Assembly: GCA_017854795.1 (NCBI GenBank)
Contig: JAFMHB010000003.1
Coordinates: forward strand, 13,047 to 77,046
DNA: 64,000 bases
Source of the DNA: Candidatus Nanopelagicales bacterium
GTDB lineage: Bacteria > Actinomycetota > Actinomycetes > S36-B12
Direction: 5' to 3'
Both the position numbers and the translations under genes were made by a program. This document shows, piece after piece, positions 38,775-47,363 of this stretch (its first letter is position 1; each line of letters begins with the position of its first letter). The notes beneath the pieces were generated by a model. That model made no database searches. It was not told the DNA's origin and saw nothing but the letters and a program-made list of their open reading frames with translations.

Positions 38775-40034
38775 ATGCGCACACGAACTCGAAATTTGCT
38801 CACTTCCCTCATTGCTGTGGCCCTTGTCATTCCGATGGCGACCCCCGCCCAATCGGCGCCGATCGGTAATCCAGCCAATAACCTCAAAGGCACAGTAATA
38901 GATGACTCCATGTTTGGGTTGCACGTCAAAGATGCCCAGAATGGTGTTTGGCCAAGCATCAGGTTTGGGTCGATCAGGCTCTGGGATAACGACACTGCTT
39001 GGGCGAACATCGAAACTTCCCGGGGAGTTTTCAATTGGACCGCGCTCGACAATACCGTGGCTAATGCAAATAAGAATGGTATGAGCGACATCCTCATGGT
39101 TTTGTCCGGAACGCCGGCTTGGGCGACCAATCAGCGCAACCCCATTGCCCTTCCCGCACCGGATGCGTCAGGTATTCCAGCAAATATGGCTGATTGGGAC
39201 AACTGGGTTCGCGCTGTAGCTACCCGTTACAAGGGAAAGATCAAGATTTACCAGCCGTGGAATGAGGCAAACTTGAGCACCTTCTACACGGGAACACCTG
39301 CTCAAATGGCTGAATTAACCAAACGCACCTACGACATTATTAAAGGGATCGATCCCAGTGCAACGATCGTGGCGCCCAGCACGGGCACCCGCCTGGGCGG
39401 ACCATTCAAGAAGTTCTACCCCGCATTTCTCAAGGAACTCAAGGCTCTTGATTGGCCGGTAGATGTATGGGCAGCGCACACCTACCCAGCTTCCCTGGGT
39501 GATACCAACGACCGCCAGGAACTCGCTAATAATTGGATTGACTTCCTCAAGGCAGCGGGTGCACCTAACTTGCCGCTGTGGGATACAGAAAACAACTATG
39601 GTCTAGGTGGACCAGGACCAGAGAATCCCGAGCAAGATATTGAGGGCACAAAAGCCGCGAACTGGACAGCGATCACCTACCTCGATGCACTTCGTCTTGG
39701 GATCTCCCGCGTCTACATGTACCAGTGGGGTCCTTTCAATGACCTGTGGGGAATTCAATACAACGAAGGTGCTGCAGGCGCTGTCGCAATGGAAACGCTC
39801 CAGGATTGGATTGTCGGGACCACCTACCGAGGTTGCAAAGAAGTCAAGCGGAAGGTGACCTGCAAATTCGGTACACAAAGCGGAATCAATCAGGTTGTCT
39901 ACTCTGAAGCTGGCAACAAGACATTCAAGGCAAAGAAGCAGTACAAGCAAATGTGCCAACTTGATGGAAGTTGCACAGCGATCCCGGCTAATGGCAAGGT
40001 GCGCACTCAAGGACCAGTACTTCTCAAGCGGTAA
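38775..40034 (+). CDS. Secreted glycoside hydrolase, clan GH-A TIM barrel (GH5/GH39-like; family not resolved)
   Basis: Signal peptide ...PMATPAQS. Candidate acid/base motif YQPWNEAN and candidate nucleophile LWDTENNYG. Family assignment needs a dbCAN/HMM search. Confidence 0.55.
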   Translation: MRTRTRNLLTSLIAVALVIPMATPAQSAPIGNPANNLKGTVIDDSMFGLHVKDAQNGVWPSIRFGSIRLWDNDTAWANIETSRGVFNWTALDNTVANANKNGMSDILMVLSGTPAWATNQRNPIALPAPDASGIPANMADWDNWVRAVATRYKGKIKIYQPWNEANLSTFYTGTPAQMAELTKRTYDIIKGIDPSATIVAPSTGTRLGGPFKKFYPAFLKELKALDWPVDVWAAHTYPASLGDTNDRQELANNWIDFLKAAGAPNLPLWDTENNYGLGGPGPENPEQDIEGTKAANWTAITYLDALRLGISRVYMYQWGPFNDLWGIQYNEGAAGAVAMETLQDWIVGTTYRGCKEVKRKVTCKFGTQSGINQVVYSEAGNKTFKAKKQYKQMCQLDGSCTAIPANGKVRTQGPVLLKR

Positions 40035-40046
40035 ACGCGACCTTAG

Positions 40047-40835
40047 CTAACGAGTTCTTTCTTCTGCAACCGTATTTCCACCATCAATTGCAATGCACTG
40101 GCCCGTGAGATAACTAGAGCCAGGGGTTGCCAAGAAAGCAGCTACCGTGGCTACTTCGCTCGGAGTTGCGCTACGTCCCATGGGTGTGAGCTGACCTTCG
40201 AGGTACTCGTGCTCAGTTTGCGAACCCGTGTGTATCCAGCCGGGTGCCAAAGCATTTGCCGTGATGCCGTTAGAGGCGTAATCAACGGCGAGTGATCGGG
40301 TCAGGCCAACGATTGCAGCCTTTGCTGCTGCATACGCACTTTCCCCTCGCATAGCCATCAGTGGACCGGTAACACTGGAGATTGAAATGATTCTCCCCCA
40401 TTCTGCAGCTTGCATGTACGGCAGCGCTGCGCGAGTAGCGTGCACAACGGTCATCAAATTTCGTGACAGTGACCGATTGAAATCTGCCAAGTTAATGTCT
40501 CCGAGTGATCCAGACTCGGCCCCCACAGGTGTCATAACGCTTGCCATTCCAGCGTTATTTATCAGAATGTCTAGGCCGCCACACTCATCAGCTGCTACCT
40601 GGAAAGTTTCACAAGTTTCCTGCTCATCCGTTAAATCACACACGTACCCGTGGACAACCCCAAGGCCACTCAACTCCCGCACGCGCTGGTGAATGTGATC
40701 CCCCGTTGCCATGATGGCCACTTCTGCCCCCAATTCCAGCAGTGCTCGTGCACAGGCAAATCCAATACCGGTTTCCGAGCCAGCTCCCGTGATAACGGCT
40801 CGCTTACCGTCGAGAGAGAGCCAACCTGGTATCAC
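40047..40835 (-). CDS. SDR-family oxidoreductase
   Basis: TGAGSETGIG, NNAG, YAAAKAA. 4-bp overlap with the upstream aminotransferase gene. Confidence 0.85.
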   Translation of the reverse strand: MIPGWLSLDGKRAVITGAGSETGIGFACARALLELGAEVAIMATGDHIHQRVRELSGLGVVHGYVCDLTDEQETCETFQVAADECGGLDILINNAGMASVMTPVGAESGSLGDINLADFNRSLSRNLMTVVHATRAALPYMQAAEWGRIISISSVTGPLMAMRGESAYAAAKAAIVGLTRSLAVDYASNGITANALAPGWIHTGSQTEHEYLEGQLTPMGRSATPSEVATVAAFLATPGSSYLTGQCIAIDGGNTVAEERTR

Positions 40836-42229
40836 TGAGAGATCCTCGACAGCGCTTCCGCGAACAGCTCAGTGTGCAATTCAACATCTGCCAAGGAAGT
40901 CTCTGGGCACATCAGTGCCATGTTGTGAAATGGTGTCATGAGTAGTCCACGATTACTCATAAACAAATGCAAAAACTCTTCCAGTTCACCGTCAAAGGCT
41001 TGAGCCGACTCTGTGCCATTCAGTGGAGCGGGTGAGCAGAATCGATACTCCGCACGTGCACCAATTTGAGCGACCGACCAAGGCATTTGCGTATCTGCGA
41101 GTACTTTTTCTACCCCTGCCCTGAATTGTGATGCAAGTTCAATCATGTGATCAAATGCTTGCGGTGTCAGAACTTCACCGAGAGTTGCTCGCATTGCGGC
41201 CGTGGACATGGCGTTACCCGCGAGTGTTCCCCCTACCCCACCAACGTCCTCTAAATCAGCGTCAGGGGAATTGAGAATCTTGTCCGCTAGTTGTTGAGAA
41301 ATGCCATAGGCGCCGCAGGGGATTCCTCCACCAATACTTTTGCCGATGACAAAAATATCCGGTTTCAAATCCCATTCGGTTGTGCACCCGCCCCAGCCCG
41401 CGGAAAATGTGTGAGTTTCGTCAATGAGCAGTAGGGCTGAATATTTATCGCACAATTCACGCAGCCCGGTGAGGAAACTAGGTTGCGGTAACACGATGCC
41501 AATATTTGTTAGTGCTGGCTCGGTGATTACAACTGCAACATCGCCGTGGGCTAGAGCGGCCTCCACTGACTCAAGATCATTGAACTCTGCAACCCTTGTT
41601 GTCTGCGCAATATCTACTGCGGGGCCGACATTGCCTTCCCGCAAAATTGCTGTCCCGTTAGGTCCAGTTCGCACTAGAGTCTCGTCAACTGCCCCATGAT
41701 AAGAGTAGGAGAACGCCAATACTTTTGACTTTCCACTCACTTGGCGCGCAATACGCAGTGCCCATCTGTTGGCATCAGTTGCAGTCAAAGTAAAAGACCA
41801 CAAAGGCAAACCGAACCTGCGAGTCAATTCACTGGCAACCCATTCGGCGTCTGCCGTGGGCATCATTGTCGTAATTCCGCCCTGCTCGGCTATGCGCTTT
41901 TGCACGGCATTCGTGGTGGGAATCGGTGAGTGTCCCGCCATCGCGGCGGTATCACCCAGAGCAAAATCAACATACTCATTACCGTCGACATCAGTGATTT
42001 GATTTCCATGGGCTTTCTGTAAATACAGGGGATAGCCACCGGACCATTTGTTCATCCACGTCATAGGGACTCTGCCGAGCAGGTGATCGCTGGCCTGGTA
42101 CAGCGCACGTGAGGAAGGGGTTCGACTTAGATGCAGCGCCTTTTCACTCGCGAGCTCCTGGGTTAATTTCGCGCGATCTAGCACAGTTGGTCCCTCTCTT
42201 GTTACTCGGAGAAACTCGATTCTTGTCAC
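40832..42229 (-). CDS. Class-III (GSA-aminomutase-like) PLP-dependent aminotransferase
   Basis: LIDETHTF and FVIGKSIGGGIP (PLP-lysine context as in HemL-like enzymes). GTG start at 42229 has no obvious SD, so the start is uncertain. Confidence 0.82.
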   Translation of the reverse strand: MTRIEFLRVTREGPTVLDRAKLTQELASEKALHLSRTPSSRALYQASDHLLGRVPMTWMNKWSGGYPLYLQKAHGNQITDVDGNEYVDFALGDTAAMAGHSPIPTTNAVQKRIAEQGGITTMMPTADAEWVASELTRRFGLPLWSFTLTATDANRWALRIARQVSGKSKVLAFSYSYHGAVDETLVRTGPNGTAILREGNVGPAVDIAQTTRVAEFNDLESVEAALAHGDVAVVITEPALTNIGIVLPQPSFLTGLRELCDKYSALLLIDETHTFSAGWGGCTTEWDLKPDIFVIGKSIGGGIPCGAYGISQQLADKILNSPDADLEDVGGVGGTLAGNAMSTAAMRATLGEVLTPQAFDHMIELASQFRAGVEKVLADTQMPWSVAQIGARAEYRFCSPAPLNGTESAQAFDGELEEFLHLFMSNRGLLMTPFHNMALMCPETSLADVELHTELFAEALSRISQ

Positions 42230-42458
42230 CGAATTGGGTTGCGCCCATTCTATTGACCCTAGTAACGACCATGTACCAGCTTCGGGGTGGCTATTCGCTC
42301 ATTCGCCTTGTGCAACAGTCTTAAGCCATTTTGCCCACCCGTTGCCTACCGGGTCTTCCACATGTGTTGGGAACTATCAGGTAGTTTCACTGCAGCGGTG
42401 TGTTGGTTTGATGCCAGTGACCCGATCCCCGACTATTCAAATGTCAATCCAATTGTTC

Positions 42459-42680
42459 TTATATTTTTCCGAGCATCTTTCGAATGGTCATGCGCGGAAT
42501 CCCGGTGATTGTCGAGATTTTGTTTTCAGAAAGTGTCTCTGAATCGACGTGATTGCGGACTGTTGTCGCCAATGTCTCCCGTGCAGCCCGCTCGCGCTTT
42601 TTGGTCGAACGCCATTCGGCTGCTGCTTCTTCGACCTCGGTGATCGCGGCGGCTTTCTCTGGACTGATTTTTTTCGTCAT
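42459..42680 (-). CDS. Orphan 73-aa protein with a probable C-terminal helix-turn-helix
   Basis: ORF begins 3 nt after the upstream ORF's stop. Charged helical N-terminal half. The C-terminal ISTITGIPRMTIRKMLG looks like an HTH recognition unit. No family recognised. Confidence 0.5.
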   Translation of the reverse strand: MTKKISPEKAAAITEVEEAAAEWRSTKKRERAARETLATTVRNHVDSETLSENKISTITGIPRMTIRKMLGKI

Positions 42681-42683
42681 TAA

Positions 42684-42911
42684 TCACTCAGGGAGTTGGT
42701 CAGCTAGCTCGGCGAGTTCTTTGTGCATTTCAACCCACTCGAGGGCCTCGTCGATATACCGGGTTTCATGGGTGGCACCACATGTGCACTCCAGTACGAA
42801 CCTGCACTTGCCAGTGCAAAAATCCGTTTCAATGACGTGGGCCTTAGGTGTCGCGCATTCCAGAAGTGAAGCATTCCCTCGCCCCGTTTTGCGTACAAAT
42901 GGATTCGTCAT
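42684..42911 (-). CDS. Orphan 75-aa Cys-rich acidic protein
   Basis: Strong RBS (TAAGGAGGG-5 nt-ATG). Cysteine pattern C-x12-C-x3-C-x5-C-x-C (ECATPKAHVIETDFCTGKCRFVLECTCG). No Wbl GVWGG motif and no family recognised. Confidence 0.5.
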   Translation of the reverse strand: MTNPFVRKTGRGNASLLECATPKAHVIETDFCTGKCRFVLECTCGATHETRYIDEALEWVEMHKELAELADQLPE

Positions 42912-42924
42912 GTGAATCCCTCCT

Positions 42925-43040
42925 TATTTCACTCTTTCATTCAATTTCAGTTCGTTCCACACTAATTTAACATCAATTACATTGTCTATGTCTAGACCTT
43001 CCTGTATTAGTATATACATGTACATATATTTTTCTAATTT
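42925..43040. promoter_or_regulatory. AT-rich divergent promoter region with a near-perfect 16-bp palindrome (43011-43026)
   Basis: By eye the most AT-rich roughly 115 bp in the window. TATATACATGTACATA is palindromic with one mismatched pair. It lies between the orphan pair (minus strand) and the mazG-like gene (plus strand). Confidence 0.35.
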
Positions 43041-43084
43041 GCCCCTCAGGCGTGTCCTGCTCCCCGTCCCGGCAGACTTAATCC

Positions 43085-43441
43085 GTGAGTAATAACGATT
43101 CCTTAGCCAGCATCACGGATCAGATGCGCGAATTTACCCGTGTCAGAGACTGGCACCAATTTCATGACCCAAAATCATTGCTGCTAGCTCTCGTTGGGGA
43201 AATCGGTGAACTCTCCGAACTACTGCAATGGATCCCTGCGCAAGAAGCCAGTGAATTGGCCCAACAGGAACCCCTCAATCACAGGTTGGGAGAGGAGATG
43301 TCCGATGTACTTCTGTATTTAGTTCGATTGGCCGATGTTTGCGGGGTCGATCTTGGCCAAGCCGTTAATGAAAAACTTACCGCTAATGAGCAACGTTTCC
43401 CTGTTTCTGACGTGCACGGAGTAGCTCCACTCAAAGAATAG
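43085..43441 (+). CDS. MazG-like nucleotide pyrophosphohydrolase (small all-alpha NTP-PPase, DCTPP1-like)
   Basis: 118 aa. F..VRDW.QFH.PK.L.LAL.GE.GEL.E..QW and EEMSDVLLYLVRLAD match the MazG-type EExxE/D metal motifs. GTG start. Confidence 0.8.
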   Translation: MSNNDSLASITDQMREFTRVRDWHQFHDPKSLLLALVGEIGELSELLQWIPAQEASELAQQEPLNHRLGEEMSDVLLYLVRLADVCGVDLGQAVNEKLTANEQRFPVSDVHGVAPLKE

Positions 43442-43444
43442 TTT

Positions 43445-46180
43445 TCACTCTTGATGAATCTGGCTAGGTCCCTCTGGCTCACGCGAGACGAAAATACGGT
43501 CAGGGAATCTGTCTTTCATTTCACTGACATGACTAATTACTCCGATAGTTCGACCACCTGATTTGAGTTGATCAAGTTGGTCAAGAACCCGCTCTAAAGT
43601 ATCGGTGTCTAGTGAGCCAAATCCTTCGTCAACAAAAAGTGTCTCCAGTGAGACTCCTCCGGTTTCACTCTGTACAACGTCAGCAAGGCCGAGCGCCAGT
43701 GACAAAGATGCATAGAAAGTCTCTCCGCCAGAGAGTGAGGTTGTCGGACGCGTCTCTCCTGTTGCTTCATCCATAATATTTATTCCGAGACCTGTATTAC
43801 CTCGACCTTGTGCACTTTCGTCGAGTAGAAAAGAAAGACGGCCGCTACTCATTTTACGTAGATGGAGTGATGCAGATTCCAAAACGTGCGCGAACCGCAG
43901 TTGCAGTGCGTAACTCTCTAATGTCAACTTCTTGGTATTTATTGAAGATGTTGCTGTAACGAGTGCGCCGATCCCGACGGCATCTCTGACTTCGGCTGCC
44001 AGTTTGTCAACACCCTGTGAATTCTTTATGAACTTGGTGACTAACGTGCTCGCCGACTTAAGCAAACTTTCTGACAATGTTCGGGTTTCTTCGGCACGAT
44101 CAACAATTTCCCGCGCTAGATCAAGTTCCACTTCCAGTTCATTCAGGGATTTTTCGCATTCACTGGGATCTAGTTCCCTAATACTTGGTGTTAAGGATTG
44201 TGAAACCTTGTCCAAGCAATTACTCGCTTCAAGCCAGGTGATTAAACGACCTGTTTTCATTTCAAGCTCATTGAGTTCTTCACCCGCATCCAGTTCAGGA
44301 TCAATTAACCGCGATAACTCTTCAGATTTGAGATTTACCCGGACGTCGAACTTCACAACCTCATTGCTCGCTGTTTCACGGGCCTTCTCTGCGGTGACGA
44401 TAGATGCTTTGCTGTCTTCGAAAGCCAATTCCAAGGCAATTAACTCAGCTTCACGAACCTCCAGTAGTTCCGCTACCGCGCATTGAGTGACTAATTCCTG
44501 ATTCAAGGCATCAAGTTCAGCACTAATACGCTCTTGCGATTGATCAGCACAGGTTGCCGTCAGTGACGCCACGGACATTTTCGTTGACTCAAGTTCGGAA
44601 CTCAATTCCTCAAACTCGCTTCTATGCGTATCTCGGGCGGCTTGTGCACTCTCCAAATCACCCTCAAGTTCCTCGATCTGTGCCTCAGTAACAACCTCAA
44701 CGCCGGTTTCTATTGTTGCGGGCTGGGGGTGCGACTCTGAGCCACAGACCGCGCACGGTGCGCCGTCACGCAATTCACCGGCAAGTACGACTACTCGTTG
44801 AGTGAGTTGCGCGCGAATGGTCTCCGACAACGTCAGCTGTGCTTTTGTTACGTCATGATCAGAAGCTTCTAGTTGTACTCTTCTGTCCTTTAATGCCTGC
44901 TCCTGTAGATCGCAAAGCCCCTGCAATTCCGCGAGGTTCACAATTTTCATGCGAAGTTCCTCATGCCCACTTATGTGGGCTTCAAGTTGAGCCACCTGAG
45001 TTACTGCTTGTTGGGACTGGGTCACCGCCAGCTTCAATTGTGTTGACATCACCGGATAATCGTCGATGGCCTCGCGTAGCCGTTGAAGTGTGGTCGTGCA
45101 TTTCTCTCGTTCGAGAACCAATGCTTCACGCTCAAGCGTTCTCTGTAAGTGCCCCGCCTGCCAGTCAACCAATGGCTTCAGTTGCCCGATTTGTTCACGG
45201 GTGTGGTCAATAATCCTTGGAATATCCTCGACTAAGAGCTCAACCTCAGCAGGACGCAGTTCAGATTGCGCGGCCTCCGCCGACCCGCGCGCCCGCACAA
45301 ATTCGTCGAGCCTTTCCTTGGTTTGGGTGAGTTCATTGAATTGAACTTCTAGCGGTTTTGCTACCGCTTGGGCGCTCAGCAGAACTTCCCGCGCATCTTT
45401 GTAACCCGTTTCGAAATGCGCGGTGACCGCCTGCGCAACAGCAAATGGATCTGGTGCAGTTCCGTCGACGAGTTCACTGACTTGGTCATGGATTTCCTGT
45501 GGATCACTGTTGGTTAGGAGACCTTGAATCTGCACCGTGATGTCTCGGGTCGCCGAACGTGCTTCATTGACTCTTACTTGTGCCGCCTTACCGCGTTCAT
45601 CAAGCTCTGTTTGTAACTTTTGATAATAGCTATCCCCGAGAAGGTCGCGTAGCGCCTCGAGTCGCTTACTGGGGTTCATGCGAAGCAAGGCTGCGAACTC
45701 GCCTTGAGCGAGAACAACGAGTTGTCGAAACTGTTGAGCATTCAGGTGCAATAGGTCAACGAGATAAGTACCAATTTCAATTGCATGGGTGAGAGCAAGA
45801 TCCTGCTCGCCACCTGAATCAAACCTGATCAGGGATTGAGTTGCTGCACGTTTAGTTTCACCTTCACCATTTGCCTTTGCAAATGAGTACGGGATACCAC
45901 GGGTAACTTTGTGTTTAACTCCATTGACGGAAAAGTCCAAGATGATTTCCGATCGATCAGATCCCGCGCTGAAGTCGCTACGCATGCGGTCCTTGGTCGA
46001 CTCCTCACCGCTGAGCGTGCTAAACAGCGCGTAGGTAATTGAGTCAATGATTGTGGTTTTTCCCGAGCCTGTCGCTCCATCAATTAAGAACAAACCTGAA
46101 GCACTGAGTGCATCGAAGTCAATCACTTGGCGATCTCGAAATGGTCCGATCCCAAAAATCTCAAGCCGATGAATTCTCAC
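43445..46180 (-). CDS. sbcC: SbcC (Rad50-like) exonuclease ATPase subunit
   Basis: N-terminal Walker A GATGSGKTT, a long coiled coil with zinc hook CAVCGS, a C-terminal signature LSGGETF and Walker B LFVDEGFGSLD. Confidence 0.9.
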   Translation of the reverse strand: MRIHRLEIFGIGPFRDRQVIDFDALSASGLFLIDGATGSGKTTIIDSITYALFSTLSGEESTKDRMRSDFSAGSDRSEIILDFSVNGVKHKVTRGIPYSFAKANGEGETKRAATQSLIRFDSGGEQDLALTHAIEIGTYLVDLLHLNAQQFRQLVVLAQGEFAALLRMNPSKRLEALRDLLGDSYYQKLQTELDERGKAAQVRVNEARSATRDITVQIQGLLTNSDPQEIHDQVSELVDGTAPDPFAVAQAVTAHFETGYKDAREVLLSAQAVAKPLEVQFNELTQTKERLDEFVRARGSAEAAQSELRPAEVELLVEDIPRIIDHTREQIGQLKPLVDWQAGHLQRTLEREALVLEREKCTTTLQRLREAIDDYPVMSTQLKLAVTQSQQAVTQVAQLEAHISGHEELRMKIVNLAELQGLCDLQEQALKDRRVQLEASDHDVTKAQLTLSETIRAQLTQRVVVLAGELRDGAPCAVCGSESHPQPATIETGVEVVTEAQIEELEGDLESAQAARDTHRSEFEELSSELESTKMSVASLTATCADQSQERISAELDALNQELVTQCAVAELLEVREAELIALELAFEDSKASIVTAEKARETASNEVVKFDVRVNLKSEELSRLIDPELDAGEELNELEMKTGRLITWLEASNCLDKVSQSLTPSIRELDPSECEKSLNELEVELDLAREIVDRAEETRTLSESLLKSASTLVTKFIKNSQGVDKLAAEVRDAVGIGALVTATSSINTKKLTLESYALQLRFAHVLESASLHLRKMSSGRLSFLLDESAQGRGNTGLGINIMDEATGETRPTTSLSGGETFYASLSLALGLADVVQSETGGVSLETLFVDEGFGSLDTDTLERVLDQLDQLKSGGRTIGVISHVSEMKDRFPDRIFVSREPEGPSQIHQE

Positions 46181-47340
46181 GGCGATCCGTCATTCATATT
46201 TACGCTCTCGATAGCACTTTGAATCAAGTTTCTTTGAGGATCGGTGAGTTCTCCTCTGCTTACATGGGTGACAAATCCAGCAGCAATCTCAATCGGAGGC
46301 GTATTTTGTGGATCGAGTCGCTCTTGGATTGACAACATTGTCGAACTACCTTGTGGCATGAACTCGATGTGCTTGAGATTAATGAATCTTTCCAATAACC
46401 GTTCACGCGTTCGTTCCTGCCGAGTGGGGTCTGTGATCACCGCTCGTATCCAATGGGTTTCCACCTCAGTGAACGCAGGACTGTTGAGCAGATCTTCCAA
46501 GGCACCCGTAATAGTGGAAAGGGGGCCAGGCACCGGTGTTGAAATATTCTCGTAGACCACCGAACCCCATTTAGGTACGTCAATCAAAGTCACACTTTTA
46601 TTGTGCTTCTCTTCCGAGAATGAGTAAGGCAACGGAGAACCGGAATATTTAACAATTGTGTGTGAATTTTCCGCAGTTGAAATCACCTGTGCTCCATGCA
46701 GGTGGCCCATTGCAACGTAATCAACTTCCGTGAAAACACTCGAGGGTGCGTCACCGATTCCACCGATTTCAAGTGATCGCTCTGACTCGCTTGCGCTTCC
46801 ACCCGTGATGAATGCATGGGAAACGACAACGACACGGGTCTCCCCTCGATCCGCTACGTCAGCACGGATACGTTCCATCGCTGCGGTGAGTACACCAAAA
46901 TGAGTGCGATCGGCTTCTAACTGATTGAACACCACCTCTGGTTGTAGGTAGGGGATTCCATAAACAACCACTTTTGTGCCATCTCGTCCAACGATCTCAA
47001 GTGGTACCCCGATATCTGCAATCTCGGATCGAATATGAACACCATTTGCACTCATGAGTCCGCTACCAAAACCCAACCGAACGGCGGAATCATGATTTCC
47101 GGGGGTAATGAACACCGGGCACACGGCGCTCAAGCCAATGAGGGCTCGATCAAAAAGTTGAACCGATTCGGTGGGAGGAACGGCGCGGTCATAGACGTCT
47201 CCGGCAATGAGTACCAACTCAACCTGTTCCGCAGCAACCAGTTCAATAAGCCAATCGACGAATACTTCTTGGTGGGAGTGCATGCTTTCGGACAGAAAAG
47301 TGCGCCCAAGATGCCAGTCGGAAGTGTGCAGGATTTTCAC
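46177..47340 (-). CDS. sbcD: SbcD (Mre11-like) nuclease subunit
   Basis: Metallophosphoesterase motifs ILHTSDWHLG, AGDVYD, GNHD, GHLH. 4-bp overlap with sbcC. Confidence 0.92.
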   Translation of the reverse strand: MKILHTSDWHLGRTFLSESMHSHQEVFVDWLIELVAAEQVELVLIAGDVYDRAVPPTESVQLFDRALIGLSAVCPVFITPGNHDSAVRLGFGSGLMSANGVHIRSEIADIGVPLEIVGRDGTKVVVYGIPYLQPEVVFNQLEADRTHFGVLTAAMERIRADVADRGETRVVVVSHAFITGGSASESERSLEIGGIGDAPSSVFTEVDYVAMGHLHGAQVISTAENSHTIVKYSGSPLPYSFSEEKHNKSVTLIDVPKWGSVVYENISTPVPGPLSTITGALEDLLNSPAFTEVETHWIRAVITDPTRQERTRERLLERFINLKHIEFMPQGSSTMLSIQERLDPQNTPPIEIAAGFVTHVSRGELTDPQRNLIQSAIESVNMNDGSP

Positions 47341-47363
47341 AGAGACCCCAGAACAGCCAACAA

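Noticed and set aside
43445-47340. SbcC/SbcD as an SMC- or OLD-type defence module (Lamassu/Gabija/Wadjet-like).
   Set aside because: This is a canonical Rad50/Mre11-type pair with a CxxC zinc hook and all metallophosphoesterase motifs. There are no accessory effector genes.
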